Shown piece after piece: positions 27,393 through 41,067 of a stretch of DNA of 64,000 nucleotides. The DNA is taken from contig JAQFVV010000009.1 in the NCBI GenBank assembly GCA_028023455.1, positions 12,462,001 to 12,526,000 on the forward strand, read 5' to 3'. Position 1 is the stretch's first letter; the number at the start of each line of letters is the position of its first letter. The translations under genes were made by a program, and so were the position numbers. This stretch comes from Epiperipatus broadwayi (taxonomy: Eukaryota; Animalia; Onychophora). The notes beneath the pieces are model-generated. The model ran no database searches, was not told the DNA's origin, and saw only the letters and a list, made by a program, of their open reading frames with translations.

Positions 27393-29160
27393 CTAAATGA
27401 TGAAAAAGGGTACTTTTGATTTATAACAAATCTGGTGCTGCCTGATGGTGTAGATGATTATCTTGAACAGATATAAAAGCTTTACATTCTCAGATAGGAT
27501 AGAGGATCAATCTGAGATCCATTATATATTTTTTATTTTTAGTAAATCCAAATATGTGAGATTGTGTAGTTTGGGGGTGTTTTTGGACTGATTTCAATCC
27601 TCTAACATTAAAGGCTCCTATTTTTAGTGGCATATCAGATTATATATTAGGAAATGCTTATGAGGGTCAAATTGAGTGATAGATTTTAGAGATATTAGTA
27701 ATTAGGGAAAGTTTAAGTCTTGGGGTTTAGTGCTCTTTTTAAAGCTGTTAATTTGAATTCATTCCAGTAGTATTATTTTCAGTGTGCAGAGGATCTTGTG
27801 AGTATACTTGTATAGGGACATATCTAGATGAAACCTCAGAGTTTGTTTGAACTTGGTTCATTATGCAGAAGGTTGATGGATGAGCATATGTGATTGTTCT
27901 TAGGAATAATAACTTATATGAATATTGCATCATCTTGAGAATTTTCTTTTAATAAGGATATCTGAGGAATTGTCATGGTGGATGGCATGTTGTCAAAAAG
28001 TCCATAATATCAATGGATGTCTTGTTTACTATAAAGAGAATGTCTTGATGGCTGTGGATTGCTTTATCATATGGAACATCTGGTTGAAGTTTTAAGGTGC
28101 TCCAACTGGCTCACTTTCTATACAGTATTTATTTATTGAGAGGTGTTTCGGGAAAAAATTTTGATCAATAATTTGGCTGCTAGTCGCAGTAATTTGATAT
28201 GTGGAAAGATTTTTTAGTTGCACATCTTCACTTGTGGACGATTTTCTATGAAATGTAGCAGGTTGATGATTATTATATATTTGCACATGTGTAATGTTAT
28301 TGTTGATACCTTGATTTTCATTGTGGATACATTGGCATGTGTGACCATTTACTTGATTACATTATAAGCAACAAGAAGTATTACAATTGGTGGCTATAAG
28401 ACCATGCTGTCCACAGGAGTAGTATTCAGGCTTTCAGTTTTATATATAAAGACAAAGTGTGGATCTCTTCATCCATAATCTGTGTGGACATGGCAATTAC
28501 TTCAATTCCTTTATTTAGCTTATCCTTGAATTCAATGTTGTTACCACAAATGAGAATGGGGATATCTTTTAGATAGATTGGTTGTAGTAAGATCACTCTC
28601 CTAAAAGATTCCATTAATTTGTGGAAATCTTGATACTATATCCAAGAATTGTATTTTTTAGTATCCCTGCTATGAAGTTCTGATTGTTTTTATCCACAGC
28701 GATTACTGCAAAGTTGCCAAATGTTTTGATTGGCTTTAAAGTGGCTGTTTGATTTGAGTTATGGAATTTGAATGCAAGATATCTTGGGTTGGGATGGTCA
28801 GCTAGGCAGAGTACACCATCCCATAGGTTGTTTAGATGAAGAGCCTTATATAATAATGCTCTTGGAAAGTGATACAGTTAACAATGTAGATCAAGGGTAG
28901 ACAAAACTATTGATATATCAGAGAAAAAGCATCAGAATGTACCAAAAGAGCCCCTGGAGAATGGTATTATTGAACCTTTCAGCAATATTCTCAAACATGT
29001 CAAAACTGTTCATATCATAGGGGGGAACAAGTTTTTCTTCATTATTTTGATTTATTAAATCAAAGTTTTACATGTCAGTTGATGTACTTTTTCTAAATCA
29101 TAAGATTGTCTTTATGATTGAAGTATTAACATTGTTTTTAGTTATGTTGCTAAAGGAATA
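26700..29160 (-). mobile_element. Degenerate non-LTR retrotransposon 5' half: ORF1 with CCHC knuckles plus AP endonuclease
   Basis: Decayed knuckle YYSCGQHGLIATNC at 28382-28430. ORF2 starts MPLKIGAFNVRGLKS at 27633, then FVYIPPGS..VILQGDY (~27300-27200) and IDLCF. Interrupted by an (AT)n tract at ~27356-27388. Confidence 0.75.
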
Positions 29161-29184
29161 ATAGAGATATATATGAGAGATAGT

Positions 29185-29237
29185 GACCTGGGCCAACTGA
29201 TGAGTGCTGGTTCAGCATGAAATGCATCTTGGGGGTC
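29185..29237 (+). ncRNA. Type I hammerhead ribozyme (family 1, copy D), core intact
   Basis: GACCU-GGG-CCAA-CUGAUGA-GUGCUG(GUU)CAGCAU-GAAA-U(GC)AUC^UUGG-GGGUC; stem III is the palindrome AUGCAU. Confidence 0.8.
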
Positions 29238-29569
29238 GTTTGTCTTTTATTATATCTTTATTTATATGAATTTGAAAAGAATTGGGGAAGTGTGGAGGAG
29301 TTTATTATATCAATAAAGGAATAATTTAAAATAACAGCATTGTTTTAAGTTGAACTTGTGATAACACTAGTGACAGCCATTTTAACTATCTTTCTCATTA
29401 TATAAATAACTAATGACAATGATTTTATATATATATATACACACACACAATAATTTATTACATTTATAAAATATAAGTTATTAAGTTTTCTTATGAAAAG
29501 AGATTAAAATTACCTTTAATAATAGTATTAATGATTGAAAATAACAAGTTTGAACTACAGAACTTAGAT

Positions 29570-29570
29570 T

Positions 29571-29605
<35 letters not shown>

Positions 29606-29620
29606 TATTATTATTATTAT

Positions 29621-29662
<42 letters not shown>

Positions 29663-29820
29663 CAGTAGCAGTAGCAGTAGCAGCAATAGTAGTGGTAGTA
29701 GTAGTAGTAGTAGTAGTATCAGCAGCAGTAGCAGTAAAATCAGCAGTAGCAGTAGTAGTTATTGTTGTTGTTATTATGGTTGTTGTTATTCTTATTATTA
29801 TTATTATTATTATTAAGTTT
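29570..29820. repeat. Compound trinucleotide microsatellite (ATC)n(ATT)n(AGT)n(AGC/AGT)n(GTT/ATT)n
   Basis: Directly visible. Confidence 0.95.
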
Positions 29821-30169
29821 CAAAAAGAAACTTTTACTAGACAAAGTGTTACATCAATTTTCATTTGCATACATATGTTTACATTTGTAGTTGTAACATT
29901 AAATTAACAGGTTGATGCATGTGCAAATATATAGATTAAGAGGAGGAAGAGAGGGTTACAACTTTCAGAGTGCCAAATAATTATGAACTTAGGATCACAG
30001 TACAATATTAAATAATCTAAGTTTATGCAATGTGTACATAAATTCAGTTAAAAAATCAGAATAATTTTACAAATTATTACTTATTGGTTGCATATATATG
30101 CAATACATATAACTTTAATTTTACAGACAAGTTTTGGTTAAAGTTCATATTGTGTCACTTTCTGAGTGC

Positions 30170-31300
30170 TTGTTATGCTGGGCCTGTTTGTGGAGGCATT
30201 TTTCTGTTGTTGTTTTTATAGGCCAGTTACAGTCTCAGAGTATAGCATAGGTGTCCAGCTAATCAGTGGTGAGTTGATATGGTGATAATTGATGTGATAT
30301 GGATAATCATATGCTTGGTTGCTGCATTAGCAGTGACCAAGTTGCAGCAAAAATATCTGAATAGGCTATCTTGCTATATCTGTTTTTTTTAATTATTAAT
30401 CTATTGTAGAAGGTGGATGGGTGTCATGGAATATTGTTTTTTAAAAGAAAAATGTATCATGTGCACTGGAAATGCATAAAGAACAAATGATATTGCACAG
30501 ACTATGGAGATTGAGACTGAATACATATGTGATTTTAAGTTTCATTAAATCTTGTAATCTGGTGTCTGGAGCAATTCATGATGTTTACTGTGGCTTGTTT
30601 TGAGTATATGTGACATTAATCCAACCTCAGATCCATCTGTCTAAATTTCTCTGAAATATTGGCCTCTTCAGTTTTAGATATTTTTAACTGGCAGTTTTTT
30701 TGATCTGGTTACCTTTCAGTTTCTAGTATTTTTGTCTGTATGGTTGGGATGCATAGAATGAGTGCATCAGTTATGTGTGCTGTTGTTTTATTCATCACTA
30801 TTTGCAAGTGGCTTGGTTCAGCATGCTGGCTTGTTTCATTGATTGTATTATGATTTGACTTTGGTCTGTTGTTGTATGTGCTATCTGTGATATGACATTC
30901 ATTAATTCATGTGAAAAGTCTGGAGCCATCTAAATAGAGTTTATAGTGTTTTGTGAGTTTTTTGTTTGCCTTGTTGGTTGAGAGGTCAATATTTGCATGT
31001 CTTCATCTATATAATATCACTGGTCTCCAGAATGAGGCTGACTGGTAGTCTTTTTGCTTGTTATCTGGGATGATTTATCAGCATGGAAATTGGTGTTGGC
31101 CAAATTGTTTTTCTGTTGGCTGAACTTGCAGAACTTGGTTTGTGATGCAATGTAAGGCAAGATGATCATGCTGGTCACAGGAATAGCATTGTGGATTTAA
31201 ACCCATAATATAGAGGCAGAGTATGGGCGCTAATCTGTTTAGTTATATGGTCTGGATTGATTTTAGAGTTTAATTTTAGCTTGAAATCAAAAGTATTGTT
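30170..31300 (-). mobile_element. LINE fragment (ORF1 tail, endonuclease end, linker), same family as 51080-52600
   Basis: Shares CA.(S/T)F.L.AF and SDIFAATWSLL with ORFs 52375-52563 and 52211-52477. Confidence 0.55.
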
Positions 31301-31902
31301 ATATACTGGTGAGATGTGTTTTTGAGGTATATAGCATTGAAAGATACAACCATACCAAATGGCTTTTGTATGGTGGCATCCTCTTTTAGAGTTATCAGTT
31401 ATTTCCCTACAACTTTCACATTCTTGCTTATTGCAATCACAGGCTTTGTAAACAATTTTCCTGCATCAGAAACACTTTACTCATTTGTCTGTTTTAGATT
31501 CAACTCCCAATGTTTTATAAATTGTAGCTTGAAATGATTCTGGTTTTGTAAAACTTCTAAACACTCTAGCTTAGTCTATTAGTATTTCATAAGCAGGTTA
31601 GGTTTTTTACTACTAATAATATTTGCTTAAACTGATCATGTATTAGCCCATATAATAGTTGCTTGCCAAAAGCTTCCTCTATGTATTTGTCATAAAGGCA
31701 TGGTTTTGCCATCTCTCTTAGGCTCATGTCAGAATGTTTTATTTTTTTCACTTTTCTGTTACCTTCTGCCCCTAAAATGTATTTGAGCAATGATGGTTGG
31801 GGATTGAAATAACCATTTAGCTTTGTTACAAGCTTGTAATATTTCTGTCTCTCTGGAGAATTTTTGCACAGTTTCTTAGTTATCTCGATTACTATTGAGC
31901 CT
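31300..31902 (-). mobile_element. Ty3/Gypsy gag remnant with zinc knuckle
   Basis: LNGYFNPQP, SLREMAKPCLY...LLYGL...KQILL..KNLT and KCF*CRKIVYKACDC. Confidence 0.7.
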
Positions 31903-33599
31903 GCAAAGTAAAATAAAGAAGCTACTTTTACAGTATTCTTGTTAATATTATTTATTATCCACTATTGGGTAACTTGATTTTAATTGAAATTTTGAATGAA
32001 AAATGTAACATAAAATTATTAATTAGTTATCAACTCATTGGAAATTGAAAAAAAGTACATCAGAATAAGGTTTTTACCTTATCAGGTTTAGGTTTTGAAT
32101 ACTTTTGGAGCATGAAAAACTAGAGCTTGTTAACATGGTTGTAAAAAAATGGAATGCTTTCTGTAGAACAATTATTATTATTATCATCATTATTATTATC
32201 ATCATCAGGTTTCAAATGGAAATTTTATTAATGGCTAAAAGATTGCATTTACTATGACTTGCTCTGCATATATATAGTTTCTTCTTATTATTGTGTTATA
32301 ATATTAAAATCGCAAGGTTCATTATAAATATTTTTAGTATTAGATTTCTCAGTTTTTTATTTTAAATAAGTTGTTAATCAAATGAATGATATCCTAGTGA
32401 AAGATGTCAGGAGACAAATATTTCTTCCAAAGATATTGTCTACTTATTATACAATAACAATAATAATAATGAATTTTAGCATTAAAATATTTTAATTAAA
32501 ATAAGATGCATAAAAACTCTTAATTTTGAATAATATAAAAATCTCGTAGGATAACCTTCAAATACCATGGGTGAAAAAGGAATTTTATGGTCACTCAGAA
32601 TACTCTATTAACAAGTTAAGCAATTTTTTTAATGAAGTAGTGAAACAGTAAGATTCGTATTCAAATCTTAAGTTTCACCTTTTTCTGTCGTCTCTCACTG
32701 ACCGGTCTATCCCGCCCAAATTTAAACTTTTTGGTATCGAATTGTGTGTATAGCAATATTAAAAATGTATAAATATATGTAGAATTCAGCATAAACACGC
32801 ACAACACGCACACATTTCGATCTCAAATTAAAGGCAATAAATAGGGATAAAATAATATAATTTAGATTTCTTTTAGTTATATAATTTTGTATAATTTTAA
32901 TCATTTATTTTGGATTATAAAGTTCGTATTTATTGCTTTGTTTAAATTTCGTTTAATAATAATTCTAAAAAAATCTGATGTAATATTTAATTAAAAGTTA
33001 AAATAATCTTATGTTCCCTTTTTGTCTTTGAAATTTAAAAGCATTGGTCAGTAATAGATAATAGATTAATTAAAGAAAAATTCCCCAAAATATAATTAGT
33101 AAATGTAAAATGTAAACAATAGAACGGCAGCTTTCTTTAATTAAAAACCAACAAAATGCATTGATTATCCTCAGGGCAGATTAAGTAGAACCTAAAAATA
33201 CCTTAACAAAAATGTGAAAGATCAAGATAAAAAAAAGAGGCCATCTTAGACTTGCTGGAGACATTCACTTAAACTTTAGCTTTGCTCTCGATCACTGAGA
33301 GTCTCCAAAAATATAAAAATAATTTGTTCCTGCCAAGGTATGACCAAGTAAAGCACCTAGATTATTCTTCATCGGGAGATGGCCTATCGGATGCCGAACT
33401 TTCCATTGCCCATCATAAATTCACCATGAAGATCTGCTGCCTGAAATAAATGAAAAAGCTGCTGCTGCTGCTGTGAAATTAAATGAAATATCTAAATACA
33501 AGAAAGAATTGCCACTCGTGAACCTTTTGCTGCTAAACTAATGGAATCAGAAAACTTCTTATAAAACAGGTACCTGTCTGTGTTCAAACTCTAGAGTAC

Positions 33600-35213
33600 T
33601 CTAATAATATGCTATAGCTCTTCTTCATACTACTTATCTAAATTATAAAATGTAAAAACCACCATATGTATAACTAAAACTGAATAATTAACTTAATGTG
33701 TAAATTTCTCTACTAATCTAACTTACCTCATTCTATCTTGGGTGCGTATTTGTAAAATCTACATTTTATCTATATTTATTATTTAATTATTGCATGCTCA
33801 CAATTGTCTCTATTTTCAAAGTTTAAATCTATGACCGTTTGAAACAGTGATTGCGTGTCACATTTTCATTAATATGTACTTCGTCGGGCCGAGGCAGAGA
33901 CCAGCCCGACATTCTTATAAACCATAACTAACTTAACTTTCATCTAAATCGACACACATTCAGTGCATCACTTATTGTAATGCAGGGTCTACTACTTCGC
34001 AAATGGCTGACGTATTAGTTATAATAATTCCCAATTTATATAGGTTTTGTATTTATTAAATCATCATGAATAATTCCAGAAAATTACATTTCTTTGAGAG
34101 TCGCCAACGTTCTTTAGTAAATGTTGATAATGTAGGGCCGAGTTAGAAATCTATTTAAATCTCATCATAATCGTTTATACATTATACATGTGTTACGTTT
34201 TAGAGATGCGATGACCCATTCCACCGTGAAATTTCCGGATTCTTCAGGGTTGAAATTAACCCCAGTCATCCTACACAAGCGGGCATAATGGGTGCTCCCG
34301 TAGGACTTGACAACGTCATGCAGCCAGCCGGCAAAACTGCGACACGGACCGCTTGTCCCTGGTTATGCTTATGTGACACCTTACTTCGTCAGGTCGAGGC
34401 AGAGACCAGCCCGACATTCTTATAAACCCATTCGCGGCATTGCAGTTTCGATATACTGCCATTCCATATCGCCTTTCTAAAGCATACCACATGTTCCTTT
34501 ACTTAATTTTATTATTCTCTATATCACTCCGCCTCTGCATTATCTTCATAATTTACTCTCAAATAAATGTTTGCCCTTAAGTTATAAATAAATATTTTAA
34601 TTAAATAAATATATGTCTGCCGTTACTCTTATAACCCATACTTTAGACTCTTGCATTGCAAAGGTGTAAATTCCCCAAGGCATGCATTAGAAATACTTAC
34701 TCGAGAATTTTAGGTAGCTAGATTACACCCTCAAATAAATGAATTCCTTTTGTAAACAAATAAATCATGTATTCTTTAAAATATAATCATGTTGCAAATC
34801 CTGCTACTGAAGCTGTTAGTCCATAAAATATTATTAGTAAATGATCTTATTAAAATGTGTTAATAAATAATTTTAAACTATACGTCTGCAGTTACGTTTC
34901 ATTTATTCGATACCCATTCTATATAATATTTCCTCGATTATGTAAATATGAATGTTTAATTAATATTAGTTTGATTATTGGCTAACTCGAGAATAAAATC
35001 ATGAATCTCTTGCATATCCCTGACCACCGTGCCTAAGGAAATATTTACTAATGTCGCATCAGATGCGTTGTTTCGTGGATTGCATTGTGGAACCGATAAA
35101 CTATGTTCGAACTCAGTACCACAGGTGGCTTCGCTACTCGATGGTGCTGCTGTTCTGTATGGTGGTCGAATTCTGCACTATGTTTATGAGTCACACGTTT
35201 TCTGACTGTTACA
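33600..35213. mobile_element. CpG-rich non-coding element, LTR-like, with a 47-bp internal direct repeat
   Basis: 33877-33923 and 34382-34428 differ at 2 positions. The block ends in TGTTACA at 35213. No TSD found and the left boundary is uncertain. Confidence 0.35.
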
Positions 35214-36683
35214 GTAGTTAATATTCTATTATAAGATCAGTATTCTTTGAATAATTGTAGTTAAATTATAGTGACCAATAAAACCTCAAGAAAAGAATAA
35301 ATATTTTATTTCTTAGATGCATTCTCAACATCTGTAACTCATTATATCTTTAATTTATGTGATTGTACCTTGAATAGTCAGAATTAAATATAATTGACAT
35401 AATGAATTAATTATACAATGTTCAGATTTCTGCATAAGTGATGTGTGAATAAGATACCATTGAGACTCTAAAACATGACAATAAAATATAACATTTATTT
35501 ACAATGAAACAATTTAATAACCATGAGACTGTAGGAAATGTACAAAATTTAAGGGCACTGTTTAATTATAATACAATGCATTTTTATTCCATTAAAGAAA
35601 TACACTTTCAAAATTTGCAGCTTAAATTTATATAAAAAATAAATTAATTAATAAATTGAATGTTCACCAGTAATTGTTTATTTTGGTGGACCAATGTACA
35701 CTTCATGAACACAGATTGGCATTATTATTACAAAAACTTCTATATCTTCCTAAATGATAAAGTTTTATTAATGTAGTAAGCATTATTACTGTTTTATATC
35801 TTCCTGAATGATAAAGTTTTTATTATCATAAACATTATTACAAAAACTCCATACTTTTTTAACTTATAGAAATTTTGTTAACCTATGCATTATTTTAATA
35901 ATTTTATACTTTTCTAATTGATGAAAATTTTATTTAATCTATGAATTGTTTCAAGAAGTTCCACACTTGCATACAATCACACCATAATATTATTCCAAAC
36001 AATGAGTAAATCTAAATATTTTTTATGTCTTACCAATCCAGTGATGATTTGCTACTGGATGATGATGATGATGATGCATTGCTTATTCAGCTTAGAAATG
36101 CTGGCAGTGCACAGCAGAACAAATTCATACATCAGGACCATATCTATCTACACTAAGCGTAGTCAAAAGTATACCTAGAGAAAAGATGACACATTTCAAA
36201 AACAAACAACCACATCAATTGCCATAACAATAAAGATATATAGTACACCATACATGGTTACAAAAATATGATATTTCCAATAGGAAAAGATAAAGCCAAT
36301 GATCTTAGTAGTGGCATGAATCCAAAGTCACACACCTACATTCTGAGGGCAAATAGATATGCTAGGACTCAGTCTCTAAAGATATGTGAAAAGTGGGAAT
36401 AGAGCATACAAATACTGGGAATTATAAGGATTGCCTCAAATGAAGCATTTATACAAGCGTGAAATTTAAAAACATATACCAATTAAGGAAAATATCATTG
36501 ATAAGAGAGATATCAGACTAACATCTCTTTAGCAAATATATGGTTATCTAAATCAATATCATCAAAAGACAGACAATGTTCACAATCCTTGGAAACATAA
36601 ATTGTCAAGATAAGCTTAAAGCAATACATGAGAGAAGCTAATTCTAGTGTTCTTTCTGAAGGTTTGCGATGATGGTGTTTTAG

Positions 36684-37000
36684 TTGTATTTTATATTGGA
36701 CTTCTTCCATCATCTAATATGAGTACTAAATGTTTTTAGATAAATTTAACTTTATTTAAATATTCCAAATACATTCAACTGTTAGTAATAATACATAAAA
36801 GAGGTTAGTGAAAGAGGTTAGTATATGCATAACACCTGAAAAAGAAGGGGTGAATAATACATTTTGAAATGTTGTGCATATACTAACCTGTTTGATGTGC
36901 TATTACTAACAGTTGAATGTATTTGGAATATTAAAATAAAATAAAAAATTTCTAAAGATAGTATATTAGATTATGGAAATAGTCCAATATAAAAATACAA
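36684..37000. repeat. Fold-back element with a degenerate minimal HHR at the apex (36823-36881, +; family 3)
   Basis: Inverted arms of ~110-140 bp. Apex reads CAC-CUGAAAA-AG-AAGGGGUG(AAUAA)UACAUUUU-GAAA-U-GUU^GUG. Confidence 0.6.
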
Positions 37001-39503
37001 ATAAAACTAATTCTAATCTTTTAATAAACATAATTTTTAATTGAAGTGTAAAATCAATGATAATTAGTTTGTGTCAAATCTGACTTAATAAAATATTGCC
37101 TTAAATAATTAATAAAATAAGAATATACAATACTTTTTCATGGATTGCATATAAGTATTCACTGAAATAGATAAATTACACATAACAGGGAACAAAGCAA
37201 TACTCTTAAAATGATATACTAAATTATATAGCATTAATAAAACACTCAATATTATGTGAACTTCTGAATATTATCATGAACAATAATGCATAAAATATAT
37301 TAAGAAAGAATATATAAAATAAGCCAATAATAAATTATAAATAAAATTATAACTATAAATTATAATCAGTTTACCAAACATTTTGGAGACTTCCAAATTT
37401 TCTAGAATACAATTTTACAAATAGATAATAATATTTCTCTGTTTTGTGGCAGTGAAGCAATTTAAAATAGATGCCCAGCATTAAAAATTATTTTATAAGA
37501 TTTTCTTAAACATCTAAACACCCAAGTACATTAGTAATAGCCATTTAATTTCTCAAAATATTTAAACATATAAGTAAGTCAGGTTATAATAATTTATACT
37601 ATAGCATTAACCTAGTTTTCCATTTACATGTTTTAAGAATTATATTCAAATATAGAGGTCTGAGAGCAAGTATTTCCTTCTAAAGCTAAGCAGGTTTCCT
37701 TCCAAATAAAAATAGAGCAGGTTTAAACATATATGTTTGGGCTAATATAATAAGTCATAAAGCATATGATAAATAAGTCTTATTAAATTAATGGTATTTA
37801 AAATTTTAATTATAATGCATTCCCTCTCATTCAGTTTATTTTAAATATAAAGTTGACTTATAAATCAAGTGATTTTTTCTTCTCATCAGCAAATTATTAA
37901 GAGCAATAAAATGTGACTTTAATTTTAAGATAAACAGTTTATTCTTCTCAAATTCATAGTTCATGTATTACAAATAAATCTATTCAAGAGAAACTGTTTA
38001 TTGAAACAATATTTTAAAGTATATCAAAATAAAACATTATGAAAGTTCTTGATAATTATTACTCTTTCAAATAAGTTAATAAAAAATACACATTTTCAAT
38101 TATTAATGTGCTGTTATAAATATTGCCAAAATATAACCTTTCAATAATTCTATTTCTAGGATATAAGGAATGTGATATTTGTCATAAAGTTCATTGCAAT
38201 TATGAAATGTAAATCAATGAAGAATGCTTATGTGAGCAGTAAAAGCTATACATAATTTCTACAATGTGCTAATATTAAATAGATATACTTAAGCAATTAA
38301 GACTGAGCAATTGTTTAACATCTTCATTGATTGCTTTTCTTTTTCTTTAAATAGTGTTAACTTTTGGATTTTCCATTAACTTCAGTTTAAAATTTTGTTT
38401 TAAAGATACATGTTACTTTAAAATAAATATATATTTTTTTAAATTATAACTTATAATTAATTCTATAGCTGAGAAATTTTGAAATTTCTTTCTATTTTGA
38501 AAGTCTATTTTAGAAGTTCAGTGGTTTTTCATAGCTCAGACAAAGTAGTTCAGTTTAGTGTGTGTGTGTCAAATTTTTATACATCTAATCATGTCACTCT
38601 TTTTATTGATGAACTTTCCCACTTTTGTATCTGTGGAATTAAGCTAAAAATAGAAATTCATTTACATATTTTTCAGAATTTTAATTAATGCTTACTGTCT
38701 GAAATAATTATAAAACCAAATTATTATTATTATGGTAAAATAAAATACAACAAAAGAAAATATATTGTTTTGAGACATTACTCTTTTATGACTATTTTCA
38801 AACTATGTTAAATAAATTAAGACATTCTACTAGGATTTAATTCAATAGGTTTATTGCCTTGTAATCAATGTGCATTAAATAAATTTATAATTACAACTTT
38901 AAATTATTGTAATAGATTTCTAACTATAAGATCTTTCCATTGACTTGTTGTAAATTGAAAGATTTCACGAGTACTAATGTATAATAGGAATTGTGGACTT
39001 AAATCAGTGAAGTATTGAATAGCTTCACGCTCTCAGATCTAACCGCTTCAGCTTCACCTATTTATATAGAAAGTAGACTGAAGTAAAGAAGGGGTTTCCC
39101 TTGGGTTCCCCTCTTTTCTTCCAATGCATAAGATTGTGATTAAGACCTGTAGAGGTTCCTAACTTTTCAACCGCACATGCTTTAGGTTTATTGCCTATGT
39201 AAATATTATTTAAATTAAGTATATAAAAATATCTAACATTATAAAACAAGGAAATCTAAATTAAAATGAATAAATGTAAGCACACTCACAAACATGTACA
39301 CTGAAGTTATTTCAATTGAAAATTAACAACTCTTTAAATAGTAATAAACCAATTTTCTATCTTTTAAGTTAACTAATCCAGCTTTATGTATTTAATCTTA
39401 ATGATATTAGCTTATGAATATATTATTGCTGAGAGTTAATTTAAGCTAATGCTTTATTATAAGTATAAATATTCAATACTAACATCTGATATTAAAATTT
39501 TAA

Positions 39504-41067
39504 CCCTAATTACTATTACTGCTTATTTAAACACTAAAATTTTAAATATTAATGGATTATATTAAAGTAATCTGGTATTTATTACTTAGCCAGGATTAGC
39601 TGCTTGACAGCATTGTCGCCAGGCAAAAACAATACAATGCAACATTACTGGGCCACGATTTTTAACAACTCATTTTCTTTTTTAAAAAAACATGGCACCT
39701 TTTTTTTTGGCTATATGAGTGATTTATTTGGGGGGGGGGGGGCTTTATTTGTATACCGCTGATACAGTAAAACTTTTAGTTTTAAAACCGATTTTCATTA
39801 CCTTTTTTAAAAAATAAAAACAAATCAAAAATAACTTTTTTTGTCTCTAACTTTTGTCTCAGTGAAGAGAAAGTATTTCTCACCACCCCCACCCCCAAAT
39901 TAAAAGAAGATCAAGAGTTTTGACTTTTCAACTTTCGTTTTTTTTTCTATAAAAAATAAATCAACTTTTTTTTTTGCCTATACGCGATATATCTTTTTGG
40001 CTTTATTTCTATACCGCTGATATAGTAAAACTTTTAGTTTTAAAACCAATTTCTATTACCTTTTTTTAAAAATAAAAACAAACAAAAAAAAACTTTTGTC
40101 TCAGTGACGACAAAGTCTTTCTCACCCCCCCCCCCCCCCCCCAATTAAAATAAGATCAAAACTTTTGACTTTTTCAACTTTCGTTTTCTTTTTTTCAAAA
40201 AAATATGACGGTGTCTTTTCTTCTTTTTTTTGCTTATACGGCGAGTTTTTTTTTTTTTTGGCTTGATTTGTATTATGTGATGTCTATTTTGCCATTTTTA
40301 ACAAACAACTTTTACTATTAATTCATTTTTGGATCCTTTCAACCCACCACCACCCCCAAAATAATTCCAATAAGATCAAAACTTCATTTTAAAATACAGC
40401 AACTTTTTTTTGTTTGGCTATATGGCGATTTGTATTATTTGATTTCTATTTTACCCTTTTTAAATAAATTGATTCTTTTTTTAAAAATTTTTTTTTTTTT
40501 TTTTTTTTTTTTAATTTTTTTTTTTAAAAAAAAGGGGGGGGAAAAAAAAGATTTTCTTCTGAAAGTGTGAGTTTTCACATGAACTCAGCCGAATCGTGTT
40601 CGGCCCTACCCTTTTCCAATGTTTTTCACATTCTAAGTTGTGTAGGGAAGGGTGGGGACGGTTTGACAATTCTTAGTGAGTCAGACTGTGTGATTTAAGT
40701 AAATATGAAATTACTCTACTATAGAGATATCCAAAGATGTGACCACTTGAAATCCAGACACTGTCAGATGATATGGTAGCCAACTGTGAAATATGCAAAT
40801 TCACATAAAATGTCATGAAGCACAAAACAGGTTACAATATTTCTGTGCAATGCCACCAAGTGGCCTGTAAATGGCAAGCGGCCTGAAATGGCTAAGATAA
40901 ACAGAATTATTTTTTTAACTGTAAGTCAGGCCACGTAAATGGCATTTGTAGGTATTTTTGCCTGGCACCAATACTGTCAAGCGGCCAAGCCCATCTAAGT
41001 AATAAATACCAGCAATCTTGACCTCTTAGTATTAATTTCTTGCTAACTAGAAAACTATATCTTTGGG
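39504..41067. mobile_element. Non-autonomous TIR transposon, possibly piggyBac-like
   Basis: Ends TTAA|CCC ... GGG|TTAA. Subterminal inverted repeat 39572-39629 / 40955-41012, and an internal ~270-bp tandem duplication. Confidence 0.45.

Noticed and set aside
29692-29907. Hydrophobic 71-aa ORF
   Set aside because: It is a translation of the trinucleotide microsatellite.
34382-34400. Hammerhead (CUGACGA on the minus strand)
   Set aside because: No stem II followed by GAAA downstream, and the other repeat copy reads CCGACGA.
39380-39600. Mitochondrial rRNA insertion
   Set aside because: Only a short CAGGATTAG resemblance, which falls inside the subterminal inverted repeat of a TIR element.
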